Origin: Eledone cirrhosa
Lineage: Eukaryota
Direction: 5' to 3'
Length of the DNA stretch: 64,000 bases
Assembly: GCA_964016885.1 (NCBI GenBank)
Contig: OZ024763.1
Location: forward strand, 30,194,001-30,258,000
The notes below the pieces were generated by a model. That model was not told where the DNA came from. It did no database searches and saw only the letters and a list, made by a program, of their open reading frames with translations. The stretch's first letter is position 1. Each line of letters starts with the position of its first letter. This document shows positions 15,914-30,630 of the stretch, in pieces. The translations under genes and the position numbers were made by a program.

Positions 15914-17321
15914 ATGTGTGTGAGAATGTCTATAGTAGTCTGTCTGTCTGTCAATCTCGAGACACACACACACACATATAATATTCATACACAGACACAC
16001 ACATATTTCACAGACATATTTCACACACGCATGCACACTCACACATTCCCACACACACATTCCCACACACACAAAGATGCACTCACTCATACACACACAG
16101 ATGCACACACACACATATTCACACACATATATCCCCCCCCCACACACACACATATTCACACACATATATTCCTCCCCCACACACACACACACACATATTC
16201 CCACATACACACACACACACATATATTCCCACATACACACACACACACATATATTCCCACATACACACACACACATATATTCCCACATACACACACACAG
16301 CTCTTGAATTGATAATGTTAGGATTATATCATTACGAACAACAACAACAGCAGCAGCATCATCACCAACGCTACCACCACTGCCACCACCACTATACCAT
16401 ACCACCACCATATCATACCACCACCATACCACTACCACCATCACCACCAACCACCATCGCTACTACCACCATACCATCACCACCACTACCACCACCATAC
16501 CATCACCACCACTACCACCACTACCACCACCATACCACCATCACCATACCTCCACCACTACCACCACCATACCATCACCACTACCACCACCACCATACCA
16601 CCACCACCACCATACAACCACCGTACCCCCACCATACTTCCACCACACCATACCACCACCACACCATACCACCATCATACCACCGCCACCATACCACCAC
16701 CACCAACACCACCACAACCACCATCATACCACCACCACCACACCATACCACCATCATACCACCACCACCACCACCACCACCACACCATACCACCACCATG
16801 CCACCACACCATACCACCACCATACCACCATACCACCACCATACCACCACACCATACCACCACACCACCACACCATACCACCACACCATACCACCACCAT
16901 ACCATAGTATTAACCACTAGATCACAGACCAAGTCCTCTCAATCAAAGAGATTGAAGCAGGTTGGAAATTGCAAGCAATAAATAAATATGGTATTATATA
17001 TACACCACATATATATACACCATGTATATATACACCACATATATATACACCACATATATATACACCATGTATATATACACCACATATATATACACCATGT
17101 ACATATATATATATATACATTTATATATATATATACCATGTTCTATGTGTGTGATGTGTGTTTGGATAACGTGTGTATGATGTATGTATACATGAGTATA
17201 GTGTGCATGTCTATATATTTATATATATATATATATATATACACCATGTACTGTGTGTGATGTGTGTAGATACCATTTGGGTGATGTGTGCATGTATGTA
17301 TATCTGTGAATAGTGTGCACA

Positions 17322-17385
<64 letters not shown>

Positions 17386-17466
17386 CTTTATTCCGGGTTG
17401 AATCAGAGGTAACCACAGTAAGTAAGGTATTCAATACATAGCAGAGTATAAAAGTTTAGAATCTCA

Positions 17467-17519
<53 letters not shown>

Positions 17520-17789
17520 AGATCAAAAGATGGTTAAAAGAGTTCCATGTATTTTATTATGTGCATTTCAAAAACAAATATCATCATGCAATAACATTTG
17601 TGTTTTCATCAGATAAAATAAGAAGACATGTTATGAAGGTTAAAAACACTTGTGGATAGTGCAGTTTTAAATCAACATCTTTTGATCTTATATATTATGT
17701 ATACTCCAGTCCTACAAACTGTAGAGTGCTTCTTATCCGATATCTGCATTGCTTTATTGTACTACAACAAAACTCACCTCCTACATATA

Positions 17790-18097
<308 letters not shown>

Positions 18098-18959
18098 ATA
18101 TATATATATATATATATACATTTTTTTTCATATAAGACTCTCTCCGTAAATTCATTAAATAAATAAATCTCGTTACCTCTATTTTTCAATTTACCATTTT
18201 GCAATTTAATATTTTTTATTTAATTTAATTTCATCCTATAACTCGCAACATAAATTTAACGTTCCAATCTTCGGTTCACACATTAGACCATACAGACACC
18301 CACTATAGATTCTTTGGGTAGCATTTTTTCGCGGCATTTTGTAACATGAATGTAGTTTGACCCTTACACTACACTTCTTTCTCCCTTTCTTTCTTTCTTC
18401 CCCTTCTTCTTTGACGGAGTGGTGGTAGCTCATTGTAAGCCTTCGCCCCCTCACCAGATATTCATTGGTAGTTTTTCAGTTGCCAACACTTTGAGGGCGG
18501 CTGGCTGAGAAGCTAGTCGGTCAGCCGTCCCCTCTGTCTCTGATTTTTCGGACCTATGGCTTTTTACATATTCCTTTGTTATATTCCAATACCTGATGTT
18601 ATCAGTGGATTCATATGGAACCCGGTCATTGAAATGATCATAGTATAATAAACCCTTCAAGGATTTACACCAGTCCAGCCTCCTGTTATTTCATTTATAA
18701 TTAACTCCGTATTCGCACCACCAACTACACAAACGAAGATGGGTGAACTGCACTGCATTGAGTACTCCTCACAATATTACACCAGGATTGACCATACGGA
18801 ATGACCAGTTCTATCCAGTGGTGAACCTACAAACCTAAAGATATATGGTGGCTGCCAACTCATTTTCGAGTACGGCCACTATTTTATATCCATGTAGGAG
18901 AACCCCTACCGATGCGCTGAACAAGTGTGACTTTTTAGTCCAGCCAGCGACTTGAAAAC

Positions 18960-19463
18960 TCTGGTACAAACACTACACTTGTGACAATTATTGACACATA
19001 GTGCTGGGCCCATGGTACCATGTGATGACAAGTGCAGAGAGATCTCCAGAAATAAAGCAATGCCTGTGCCGTGAAGCTTTTATAGTGAGCAAAGGCACTG
19101 CACAAAGCCAGTCCCACTCTCTTAACCAAGATGATATTTACAAAAAAGAAGAACAAGTCAACATCATTGGATACCATCAGGGTTGCAGGTGTTATATCAG
19201 AGTTTTCCTTCTCCTAGAATTCTGCCTTGACAAAGGCTAAGGGGTCATCTCTCCCTGTGATTCTGGATGACCATTGACTCTTTGGATGACCATTGAGCTC
19301 CTTTGCCCTTTGACAGGTTTTGTTTTTAGTCCTGCAGGATGTCCAAAGTCACCCTCCTCACCAAGAAACCTTGGTGGGGTTGCCAGTTTAGTCGCCAACG
19401 ACCCGACCATGAGACAGGTTGTACTGGGATACATGTTACCAGTAACACCAACTGGTGACCCGA
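18960..19463 (-). mobile_element. Probable 5' UTR region of an RTE-type retrotransposon
   Basis: Minus-strand motifs gcgactaaactggcaaccccacc and aggagaaggaaaactctgatataacacc resemble RTE 5' UTRs from memory; starts at a (TA)n tract; no intact ORF. Confidence 0.4.
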
Positions 19464-19492
19464 CATATATATATATATATATATACACATAT

Positions 19493-19750
19493 ATAATTGT
19501 TTCTACTTTTGGCACAAGACCAGCAATTACCCAGTGTATTACTGGTACTTTATTTTATCGACCCCGTAAGGATGAAAGGCAAAGTTAACCTCGGCGGGAT
19601 TTGAACTCAGAATGGCAAGGGCCGTAACTCTATGCATCAAAGCATGGCGTCCGACCCTCTACAGATACTGCCAATCCACCGCCATACATATATAATTGTT
19701 TCTACGTTAGGCACAAGGCCAGCAATTACCCAGTGCATTACTGGTACTTT
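19493..19750 (-). mobile_element. Same tRNA-SINE, one full copy plus a 3' fragment
   Basis: Reverse complement of the 9525-9707 consensus at 19493-19685 and a tail fragment at ~19692-19750. Confidence 0.85.
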
Positions 19751-19866
19751 AAGGAAGTGTGGTAAGGAACCAGGTGGACCATAATGCACCACTACCACCA
19801 CCACCACTACCACCACCACCACCACCACTACTACTCTTACCACCACCACCACCACCACCACTACTA

Positions 19867-19908
<42 letters not shown>

Positions 19909-20439
19909 TGACCACCACTATCAGCACTACTACTACCACCACTACCATCACCACCACCACCACCACCACCACCACTACTACTACTACTATTACTACTACT
20001 ACTACTACCATTTTATCAAATATTCCAAACTGACATGTCCTCCAGTTCTTCAGGTCCTTCATAAAACAACAGACCCCCACCAACAGACCATTGTTTCACC
20101 TCAAGACCCTCACCTCACACCGCCACCACATCCTTAACTCACCTCACCGCACCACCACCACAACCCCACCATCACCACCAGACCCTCACCTCACCACCAC
20201 CACCAGACCCTCACCACATGACTCCACCACCACCACCAGACCCTCGGCCCACCACCACCATGACCCCCTACCACCCTACCCTCACCCTACCACCACCAGG
20301 TCCTTACCCTCACCCCACCACCCACTCCCAATCTATCTCCCCAGAGAGAAACAAGAACATGCTTCCAATATGTTTGCAAAATGGATTTAGAAAAAGTTAT
20401 TTAAATTGTCATTGGAAGGAGACACACACACACACACAT

Positions 20440-23400
20440 ACTGCTATATACAGCTACACATACACACACACTGCCATACACAGCTACACACACACACTGC
20501 CATACACAGCTACACACACATACACACTGCCATACACAGCTACACACACACACACTGCCATACACAGCTACACACACACACACTGCCATACACAGCTACA
20601 CACACACACTGCCATACACAGCTACACACACACACTGCCATACACAGCTACAAACACACACTGCCATACACAGCTACACACACATACACACTGCCATACA
20701 CAGCTACACACACACACACACACTGCCATACACAGCTACACACACACACTGCCATACACAGCTACACACACACACACTGCCATACACAGCTACACACACA
20801 CACTGCCATACACAGCTACACAAACACACACTGCCATACACAGCTACACACACACACACTGCCATACACAGCTACACACACACACACTGCCATACACAGC
20901 TACACACACACACTGCCATACACAGCTACACAAACACACACTGCCATACACAGCTACACACACACACACTGCCATACACAGCTACACACACACACACTGC
21001 CATACACAGCTACACACACACACTGCCATACACAGCTACACACACACACTGCCATACACAGCTACACACACACACACTGCCATACACAGCTACACACACA
21101 CACTGCCATACACAGCTACAAACACACACTGCCATACACAGCTACACACACATACACACTGCCATACACAGCTACACACACACACACTGCCATACACAGC
21201 TACACACACACACACTGCCATACACAGCTACACACACACACTGCCATACACAGCTACACACACATACACACTGCCATACACAGCTACACACACACACACT
21301 GCCATACACAGCTACACACACACACACTGCCATACACAGCTACACACACATACACACTGCCATACACAGCTACACACACACACACTGCCATACACAGCTA
21401 CACACACACACTGCCATACACAGCTACACACACACACACTGCCATACACAGCTACACACACACACTGCCATACACAGCTACACACACACACACTGCCATA
21501 CACAGCTACACACACACACTGCCATACACAGCTACACACACACACACTGCCATACACAGCTACACACACACACACTGCCATACACAGCTACACACACACA
21601 CTGCCATACACAGCTACACACACACACACTGCCATACACAGCTACACACACACACTGCCATACACAGCTACACACACACACTGCCATACACAGCTACACA
21701 CACACACTGCCATACACAGCTACACACACACACTGCCATACACAGCTACACACACACACACTGCCATACACAGCTACACACACACACACTGCCATACACA
21801 GCTACACACACACACTGCCATACACAGCTACACACACACACTGCCATACACAGCTACACACACACACACACTGCCATACACAGCTACACACACACACACT
21901 GCCATACACAGCTACACACACACACTGCCATACACAGCTACACACACACACACTGCCATACACAGCTACACACACACACTGCCATACACAGCTACACACA
22001 CACACACTGCCATACACAGCTACACACACATACACACTGCCATACACAGCTACACACACACACACTGCCATACACAGCTACACACACACACTGCCATACA
22101 CAGCTACACACACATACACACTGCCATACACAGCTACACACACACACACTGCCATACACAGCTACACACACATACACACTGCCATACACAGCTACACACA
22201 CACACACTGCCATACACAGCTACACACACACACACTGCCATACACAGCTACACACACACACTGCCATACACAGCTACACACACACACTGCCATACACAGC
22301 TACACACACACACTGCCATACACAGCTACACACACACACTGCCATACACAGCTACACACACACACACTGCCATACACAGCTACACACACACACTGCCATA
22401 CACAGCTACACACACATACACACTGCCATACACAGCTACACACACACACACTGCCATACACAGCTACACACACACACTGCCATACACAGCTACACACACA
22501 CACTGCCATACACAGCTACACACACACACTGCCATACACAGCTACACACACACACTGCCATACACAGCTACACACACATACACACTGCCATACACAGCTA
22601 CACACACACACTGCCATACACAGCTACACACACACACACTGCCATACACAGCTACACACACACACACTGCCATACACAGCTACACACACACACTGCCATA
22701 CACAGCTACACACACACACACACTGCCATACACAGCTACACACACACACACTGCCATACACAGCTACACACACACACACTGCCATACACAGCTACACACA
22801 CACACTGCCATACACAGCTACACACACACACACTGCCATACACAGCTACACACACACACTGCCATACACAGCTACACACACATACACACTGCCATACACA
22901 GCTACACACACACACACTGCCATACACAGCTACACACACACACTGCCATACACAGCTACACACACATACACACTGCCATACACAGCTACACACACACACA
23001 CTGCCATACACAGCTACACACACACACTGCCATACACAGCTACACACACATACACACTGCCATACACAGCTACACACACACTGCCATACACAGCTACACA
23101 CACACACTGCCATACACAGCTACACACACACACTGCCATACACAGCTACACACACACACTGCCATACACAGCTACACACACACACTGCCATACACAGCTA
23201 CACACACACACACTGCCATACACAGCTACACACACACACACTGCCATACACAGCTACACACACACACTGCCATACACAGCTACACACACATACACACTGC
23301 CATACACAGCTACACACACACACACTGCCATACACAGCTACACACACACACTGCCATACACAGCTACACACACACACTGCCATACACAGCTACACACACA

Positions 23401-23450
23401 CACTGCCATACACAGCTACACACACACACACTGCCATACACAGCTACAAA
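20440..23450. repeat. Minisatellite CTGCCATACACAGCTA(CA)n, mostly 26-28 bp, over 100 copies
   Basis: Invariant 16-bp core with a variable CA spacer over ~3 kb; it explains the 1152-aa and 1084-aa ORFs. Confidence 0.95.
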
Positions 23451-23589
23451 CCGCACACAGCCACACATACACTCATATGCACACACACAGTTACAGCCAC
23501 ACATACAGCTACAGCCATACACACAGCCACACACACACAACTGCAGACAAACACACAACACACCTACACATGGTTACACAGCCACAGAG

Positions 23590-23654
<65 letters not shown>

Positions 23655-24170
23655 CAATAACACTGATTGCCCCTGAATAAACATCAACAACACTAAAAAC
23701 AACACTAGTACCACTAACAACACCAACAACCACAACACCAACAACAACACTAGTAACACCAACAACACCAACAACAACACTAGTAACACCAACAACACTA
23801 GTAACACCAACAACAACACTAGTAACACCAACAACAACAACACTAGTAACACCAACAACACCAACAACATCACCAACAACACTAGTAACACCAACAACAG
23901 CACCAACAACAACACTAGTAACACCAATAACACCAACAACAACACTAATAACACCAACAACAGCACCAACACCAACACTAGTACTAACAACACTAAAAAC
24001 AACAGCACCAACAACAACACTAGTAACACCAACACCATCAACAACAGCACCAACAACAACAGTAGTACTAACAACAACACTAGTAGCACTAACAACACTA
24101 ACAGTGTTTATAAAATCTATCTGTAAAACTCTTCATACACTATTCCACACGAAGCCACATTCATTCTTGA

Positions 24171-25167
24171 AAAGTACAAAACAACACTATGACTGCATCA
24201 TATTAAATTTCCACAACTTGTCCACTTGTAAAGATACTATAAACATTTCAATGAACAAACCTAATGAATCCATATTAGTAAGATATTGTTAAAAAGTACA
24301 AAACAACACTATGACTGCATCATATTAAATTTCCACAACTTGTCCACTAGTAAAGATACTATAAACATTTCAATGAACAAACCTAATGAATCCATATTAG
24401 TAAGATATTGTTAAAAAGTACAAAACAACACTATGACTGCATCATATTAAATTTCCACAACTTGTCCACTTGTAAAGATACTATAAACATTTCAATGAAC
24501 AAACCTAATGAATCCATATTAGTAAGATATTGTTAAAAAGTACAAAACAACACTATGACTGCATCATATTAAATTTCCACAACTTGTCCACTAGTAAAGA
24601 TACTATAAACATTTCAATGAACAAACCTAATGAATCCATATTAGTAAGATATTGTTAAAAAGTACAAAACAACACTATGACTGCATCATATTAAATTTCC
24701 ACAACTTGTCCACTTGTAAAGATACTATAAACATTTCAATGAACAAACCTAATGAATCCATATTAGTAAGATATTGTTAAAAAGTACAAAACAACACTAT
24801 GACTGCATCATATTAAATTTCCACAACTTGTCCACTAGTAAAGATACTATAAACATTTCAATGAACAAACCTAATGAATCCATATTAGTAAGATATTGTT
24901 AAAAAGTACAAAACAACACTATGACTGCATCATATTAAATTTCCACAACTTGTCCACTTGTAAAGATACTATAAACATTTCAATGAACAAACCTAATGAA
25001 TCCATATTAGTAAGATATTGTTAAAAAGTACAAAACAACACTATGACTGCATCATATTAAATTTCCACAACTTGTCCACTTGTAAAGATACTATAAACAT
25101 TTCAATGAACAAACCTAATGAATCCATATTAGTAAGATATTGTTAAAAAGTACAAAACAACACTATG
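24171..25167. repeat. 122-bp AT-rich tandem repeat, 8 near-identical copies, with diverged flanking monomers to ~25840
   Basis: Unit starts aaagtacaaaacaacactatg at 24171, 24293, 24415, 24537, 24659, 24781, 24903, 25025, with a partial copy at 25147. Confidence 0.95.
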
Positions 25168-25263
25168 TTTGTATCACATTAAATATTAAAGTCATTACTG
25201 TAATATTACAAATTTCCACAACAATCTGTCCACTAGTAAAAATACTATAAACATTTGACTTAG

Positions 25264-25483
25264 CCCTTTAGCATTTAAACCAGCCATATCCGGCCAGAAT
25301 TCTCTCACCTCTTTCTGTTCAAACTGGTCATAACCGGCCACTCATACTGATATTAAGGTATTGTTCTCAACATAAATGATATCGTAATGTCATAGATTCA
25401 ATATTATGTGAGATATTATGTGAGATAAAATCTTTACCAGGAAAATACAATAGTATATATAGAGTAATGTAAATGCTAAAGGG
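25264..25483. mobile_element. piggyBac-like MITE (220 bp)
   Basis: 14-bp TIR CCCTTTAGCATTTA/TAAATGCTAAAGGG flanked by TTAG and TTAA. It interrupts a satellite monomer whose empty site (catttgaattaacaaaccacatt) is visible at ~25770-25792. Confidence 0.75.
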
Positions 25484-27491
25484 TTAACAAACCACATTAA
25501 AAAATACATTCTTGAAGAGTATAAAACAGTACTGTGGTTGTATCACATTAGATATTAAAGTCTTTGCTATGACACAACACATATTTGTAATGGTCTGTTC
25601 TACAGTGAAGATACTATAAACATTTGAATTAAGAAACCACATAAATCCACATTAGTAAGATATCCTTGATAAGTACAAAACATTACTATGGTTGTATCAC
25701 ATTAAATATTATAGTCTTTACTTTAACACAGCAAATTTCCACAACAATCTGCCCACCAGACACTATAAACATTTGAATTAACAAACCACATTAGCAAGAT
25801 ATTCTTCAAAAGTATAAAACAGTACTGACTGTATCACATAATTTGGTGGTGGTGGTAGTGGTGGTAGCGGTAGTAATAGTGTAGGGGTGGTAGTGGTTGT
25901 AGTTGTAGTTGCTGTGATGGTGATGGTTTTTGAGGTGGTACTGGTGGTACAAGTGGTGGTAGTGGTGTTAGTGGTGGCCGTAGTGGTGTTAGTGGTGGTG
26001 GCAGTAGTGGTGGTGGTGGTGGTGGTGGTTGTAGTAGTGGTGTTGGTAGTTGTAGTGGTAGTGGTGGTGGCGGTGGTGTTGCAGTGGGGGGGGGTAGTGT
26101 TAGGGGAATACAAAGTGTGATGGAGACAATGTTAAGATAATATTGACTGTATTTTTAGGGGGTTTAGGGAGAAGTAGGGGTACATCCGGGGGGGGGGGGA
26201 GTGGGGGGGGGTCACCATTGTTATGGGAGTGTTAAGACACTACAGCCGCCTCCCTTCTCCTACCACACCCCTTATTGAGGAGCCTGATTGCAGCCAGGCT
26301 GCCTTTCCCAGGGGACAGCAGATAGGGGTTGGGTTGGGGTGGTAGGGATTTATCTACACACCTCCACCATCATGGTGGTGTTGGGGTGGTGTTGGGATGG
26401 GGGGGGGGTTATGGTGGTGTTTATTGATGTTGTTGTTGTTGGTGGTGTTAGTGTTGTTGGTGGTGATGGTGGTGGTGGTGTTATTGGTGATGGTGGTGGT
26501 GGTGTTGTTATTGGTGGTGGTGATGGTGCTAGTAGTGGAGGTGGTGGTGGTGGTGGTGTTGTTATTGGTGGTGGTGGTAGTGGTGCTAGTAGTGGAGGTG
26601 GTGGTGGTGGTGGTGGTGGTGATGCTAGTAGTAGTAGTGGTGGTGGTGGTGGTGGTGTTATTGTTATAAGAAAATATATTAATTTAACACACACAAAAAA
26701 ATTGTCACTGTAAGTATTTATCAATGTCACCCTCAGCCCCTCCCCCACGCCACACCTCTCCCCCATACCACACCTCTCCCATCCCACCCCGCCCCGCTCC
26801 TCCTTCACCTCCACCTCCTTGGGCTCCCACCCTTCCCAAACTCAAGCCTCAAGTGTGATTAAACAGATAGATGATACAGTAGAAAGAAAGGTGGCCTGGA
26901 GTGGTGCAGTCTGGGGTGAGGATGGGGTTTTATGGGGCTCCCTCCTGCCCCCCCCCCCCCCCGGGACACCACACAGCACACACTAAGGAGACAGTTATAT
27001 ATTTCATTAACACAAGAGTCCAAAGACACCCACCCTCACTCTTCCACCACCACCCCCAGTTCAGAGAGAGGGGGAGGGGGAGAGGGAGAGGGGGAGTCCC
27101 CTACCTCCACCTCTTTTATTTCTCATTGTTTTTGGAGGGGCTCTTGGGGGGGGGTAATTTTTTTTTAGTGGGGGATGGTCATGGTTGAGTGTATGAGGGG
27201 AGGGGGGGGGGGTATTGCCATATATAGTAGTTTCCTTCTTATGTAGATTTTTCTTGCTCTTGTTCTTGTTTGTATTACAGGGACAAGGGGTGGGGGTGAG
27301 ATGGGTGGGGTGGGGGTGAGGGGGCAGCCCAGAGTAGGGAGGAGGGGGGAGCTATGTGGAGGAGAGAGACACACATGTGTGTGTGTGTGTGTTGAAGGGG
27401 TAGTGTGTGTGTGTGTGATGGGAGAGCTGTGCTCTTGTGTTTGTGTGTGTGTGTGTGTATGTGTGTGTATGTGTGTGTGTGTATGTATGTA

Positions 27492-27524
<33 letters not shown>

Positions 27525-28594
27525 GTATGTATATATGTATGTGTGTGTATATGTATGTGTGTGTATAAGTATGTATGTGTGTATGTATGTATGTATGTGT
27601 GTGTGTATGTATGTGTGTGTATGTATGTATGTATGTATGTGTGTGTGTGTATGTATGTATGTGTGTGTGTATGTATGTATGTGTGTGTATGTATGTATGT
27701 GTGTGTATATGTATGTATGTGTGTGTATATGTATGTATGTGTGTGTATATGTATGTATGTGTGTATGTATGTATGTGTGTGTGTATGTATGTATGTGTGT
27801 GTATATGTATGTGTGTGTGTGTGTATGTATGTATGTGTATGTGTGTGTATGTGTGTGTGCATGTATGTATGTGTGTGTATGTGTATGTGAGGTGAGGGGG
27901 GCAATGTGTTAGTTAGTGTGTGGGGGAGGAGTGTTAGGAGGGAGTTGATATTGGTATTGGTATCAACTGACCCCAGCCACCCCCGCACCCCCCTCACCAC
28001 CATCAGACCAGTCTCACCATCCACCCCACCCCACCCTGACATTCATCTTCTTCCTCCTCCTCCTCCTCCTTTCACTTAAGAAGTGCAGTTGCTCCCCTAC
28101 CCCCTACTCCAACCCCCTCCCTCTGTTCATCACCCCAGGATTTAGTGAAAAAAGGGATCTGGAGAAAATTGCATTAAATTCATATATTATGTTGATTGTT
28201 ATTACTGTTGTTGTTATTGTTGTTGTTGTTGTTGTTGTTACTGTTGTTATTGTTGTTGTTGTTACTGTTATTGCTGCTGTTGTTATTGCTGTTGTTACTG
28301 TTGTTGTTGTTGTTACTGTTGTTGTTATTGCTGTTGTTACTGTTGTTGTTGTTGTTACTGTTGTTGTTGTTACTGCTGTTGTTACTGTTGTTGTTGTTGT
28401 TATTGCTGTTGTTGTTGTTACTGTTGTTGTTGTTATTGCTGTTGTTACTGTTGTTGTTACTGTTGCTGTTACTGTTGCTGTTGCTGTTACTGTTGTTGTT
28501 GTTGTTATTATTGCTGTTGTTGTTGTTGTTACTGTTGTTATTGCTGTTGTTGTTATTGTCATTAAGGTGGTGAACCAACAGAACTGTGAGACAT

Positions 28595-29268
28595 CCTACA
28601 ATGTGTTTCAAGGTAGAACTTCTAACTCTCTACATTCTGAGTTCAAATCCCACCATGGTCAGTTTTCACCTTTCATCCTTACAGAGCCGACAAAATAAAG
28701 TACCAGTAATGGACTGGGGTCGATAAAATAAAGTACCAATAATGGACTGGGGTCGATTTAATCGACTTTCCCCTGCCGGAAAATTGTTGGCCTTGTGCCT
28801 AAATTAGAAACCATTATCATGGCAGTCTCGGTAGAGGGTCGGACGCCATGCTTTGACGCATAGAGTTACGGCCCTTGCCATTCTGAGTTCAAATCCCCGC
28901 CGAGGTTAACTTTGCCTTTCATCCTTACGGGGTCGATAAAATAAAGTACCAGTAATGCACTGGGTAATTGCTGGCCTTGTGCCTAACGTAGAAACAATTA
29001 TTATAGGGCAGTGGTTTGTCAGTATCGGTAGAGGGTCGGACACCATGCTTTGACACAAAGGGTTACGGCCCTTGCCATTCTGAGTTCAAACCCCGCCAAG
29101 GTTTCATTCTTGCGCGGTTGATAAAATAAAGTACCAGTGATGCACTGGGGGTAATTGCTGGCCTTGTGCCAAAAGTAGAAACAATTATTTATTCATAGGG
29201 CCGTGGTTACGTCCCTTTACGATCTGAGTTCAAATCCCGCCCAGGTTAACTTTGCCTTTCATCCTTAC
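28595..29268 (+). mobile_element. Head-to-tail cluster of ~4 tRNA-SINE copies
   Basis: B-box gagttcaaa at ~28638, ~28884, ~29082 and ~29226, each followed by the central domain. Confidence 0.85.
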
Positions 29269-29308
<40 letters not shown>

Positions 29309-29729
29309 TTGTTGTTGCAGCTGCTGCTGGTGTTGTTATTAGTGATGAGACAAAGTAGGAAGACACACAGAAGAGGGGGAGGTGAGGTGGGGGAGGGTGT
29401 GAGGCGGGGGTAGAAAACACACTTGTAATAGATGGGGGGGGGTTCTATTTGCTTGTCACTGTCGTTATTGCTGTTGTCATCGAAAAGTCCAAAAGCTTGA
29501 GAGAAGAGCCAAGAGGGGGGTGGTGGTGCTGATGAGGGAGGAGAGAGAGAGAGAGAGAGGGGGGGGGGGGGAGAAAGTCCATTACTGCGAGTGAGAGGAG
29601 TCAATTGTCCTGCAAAGTTGGCATAAAGAGTGATATAATGTAATAATACATGACAATTGGATTTAGAAACTATGGAATGGAAGAAATGGTCTCCTGTCTC
29701 CTCTTAACTGGTCTCAACTGGTTTCAACT

Positions 29730-30630
29730 GGTGAGGTTGTTTGGTGGTGAGGTGGTGAGGTGGTGAAGTGATTTGGTGGTGAGGTGGTTTGGTGGTGAGG
29801 TGGTGAGGTGGTTTGGTGGTGAGGTGGTTTGGTGGTGAGGTGGTTTGGTGGTGAGGTGGTTTGGTGGTGAGGTGGTTTGGTGGTGAGGTGGTTTGATGGT
29901 TTAGTGGTGAGGTGGTGAGGTGGTTTGGTGGTGAGGTGGTGAGGTTGTTTGATGGTTTAGTGGTGAGGTGGTGAGGTGGTGATGTGGTTTGGTGGTGAGG
30001 TGGTGAGGTGGTTTGGTGGTGAGGTGGTGGTGAGGTGGTGAGGTGGTTTGATGCTTTGGTGGTGATGTGGTTTGATGGTTTGGTGGCTTGGTGGTGAGGT
30101 GGTTTGATGGTTTGGTGGTGATGTGGTTTAATGGTTTGGTGGTGAGGTGGTTTGATGGTTTAGTGGTGAGGTGGTGAGGTGGTTTGATGGTTTGGTAGTG
30201 ATGTGGTTTGATGGTTTGGTGGTGAGGTGGTGAGGTGGTTTGATGGTTTGGTGGCTTGGTGGTGAGGTGGTTTGATGGTTTGGTGGTGAGGTGGTGAGGT
30301 GGTTTGATGGTTTGGTGGCTTGGTGGTTTGGTGGTGAGGTGGTTTGATGGTTTGGTGGTGAGGTGGTGATATGGTTTGATGGTTTGGTGGCTTGGTGGTG
30401 ATGTGGTTTGATGGTTTGGTGGTGAGGTGGTTTGATGGTTTGGTGGCTTGGTGGTGATATGGTTTGATGGTTTGGTGGCTTGTTGGTGATGTGGTTTTAT
30501 GGTTTGGTGGTGAGGTGGTTTGATGGTTTGGTGGCTTGGTGGTGAGGTGGTTTGATGGTTTGGTGGCTTGGTGGTGAGGTGTTTGGTGGTGAGGTGGTTT
30601 GATGGTTTGGTGGTGAGGTGGTTTGGTGGT
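29730..30630. repeat. Degenerate repeat built from ggtgaggt/ggtttggt/ggtttgat/ggcttggt 8-mers
   Basis: Direct reading. Confidence 0.85.

Noticed and set aside
18236-18930. Short non-repetitive ORFs (72 aa, 69 aa)
   Set aside because: No recognisable motif or splice pattern; likely decayed TE or unique intronic DNA.
20440-23450. CRISPR-like repeat-spacer appearance
   Set aside because: The spacers are just (CA)n of variable length, the context is eukaryotic, and there are no cas genes.
20218-23676. 1152-aa and 1084-aa H/T/Y-rich ORFs
   Set aside because: Translations of the CTGCCATACACAGCTA(CA)n minisatellite, open in several frames only because the repeat lacks stop codons.
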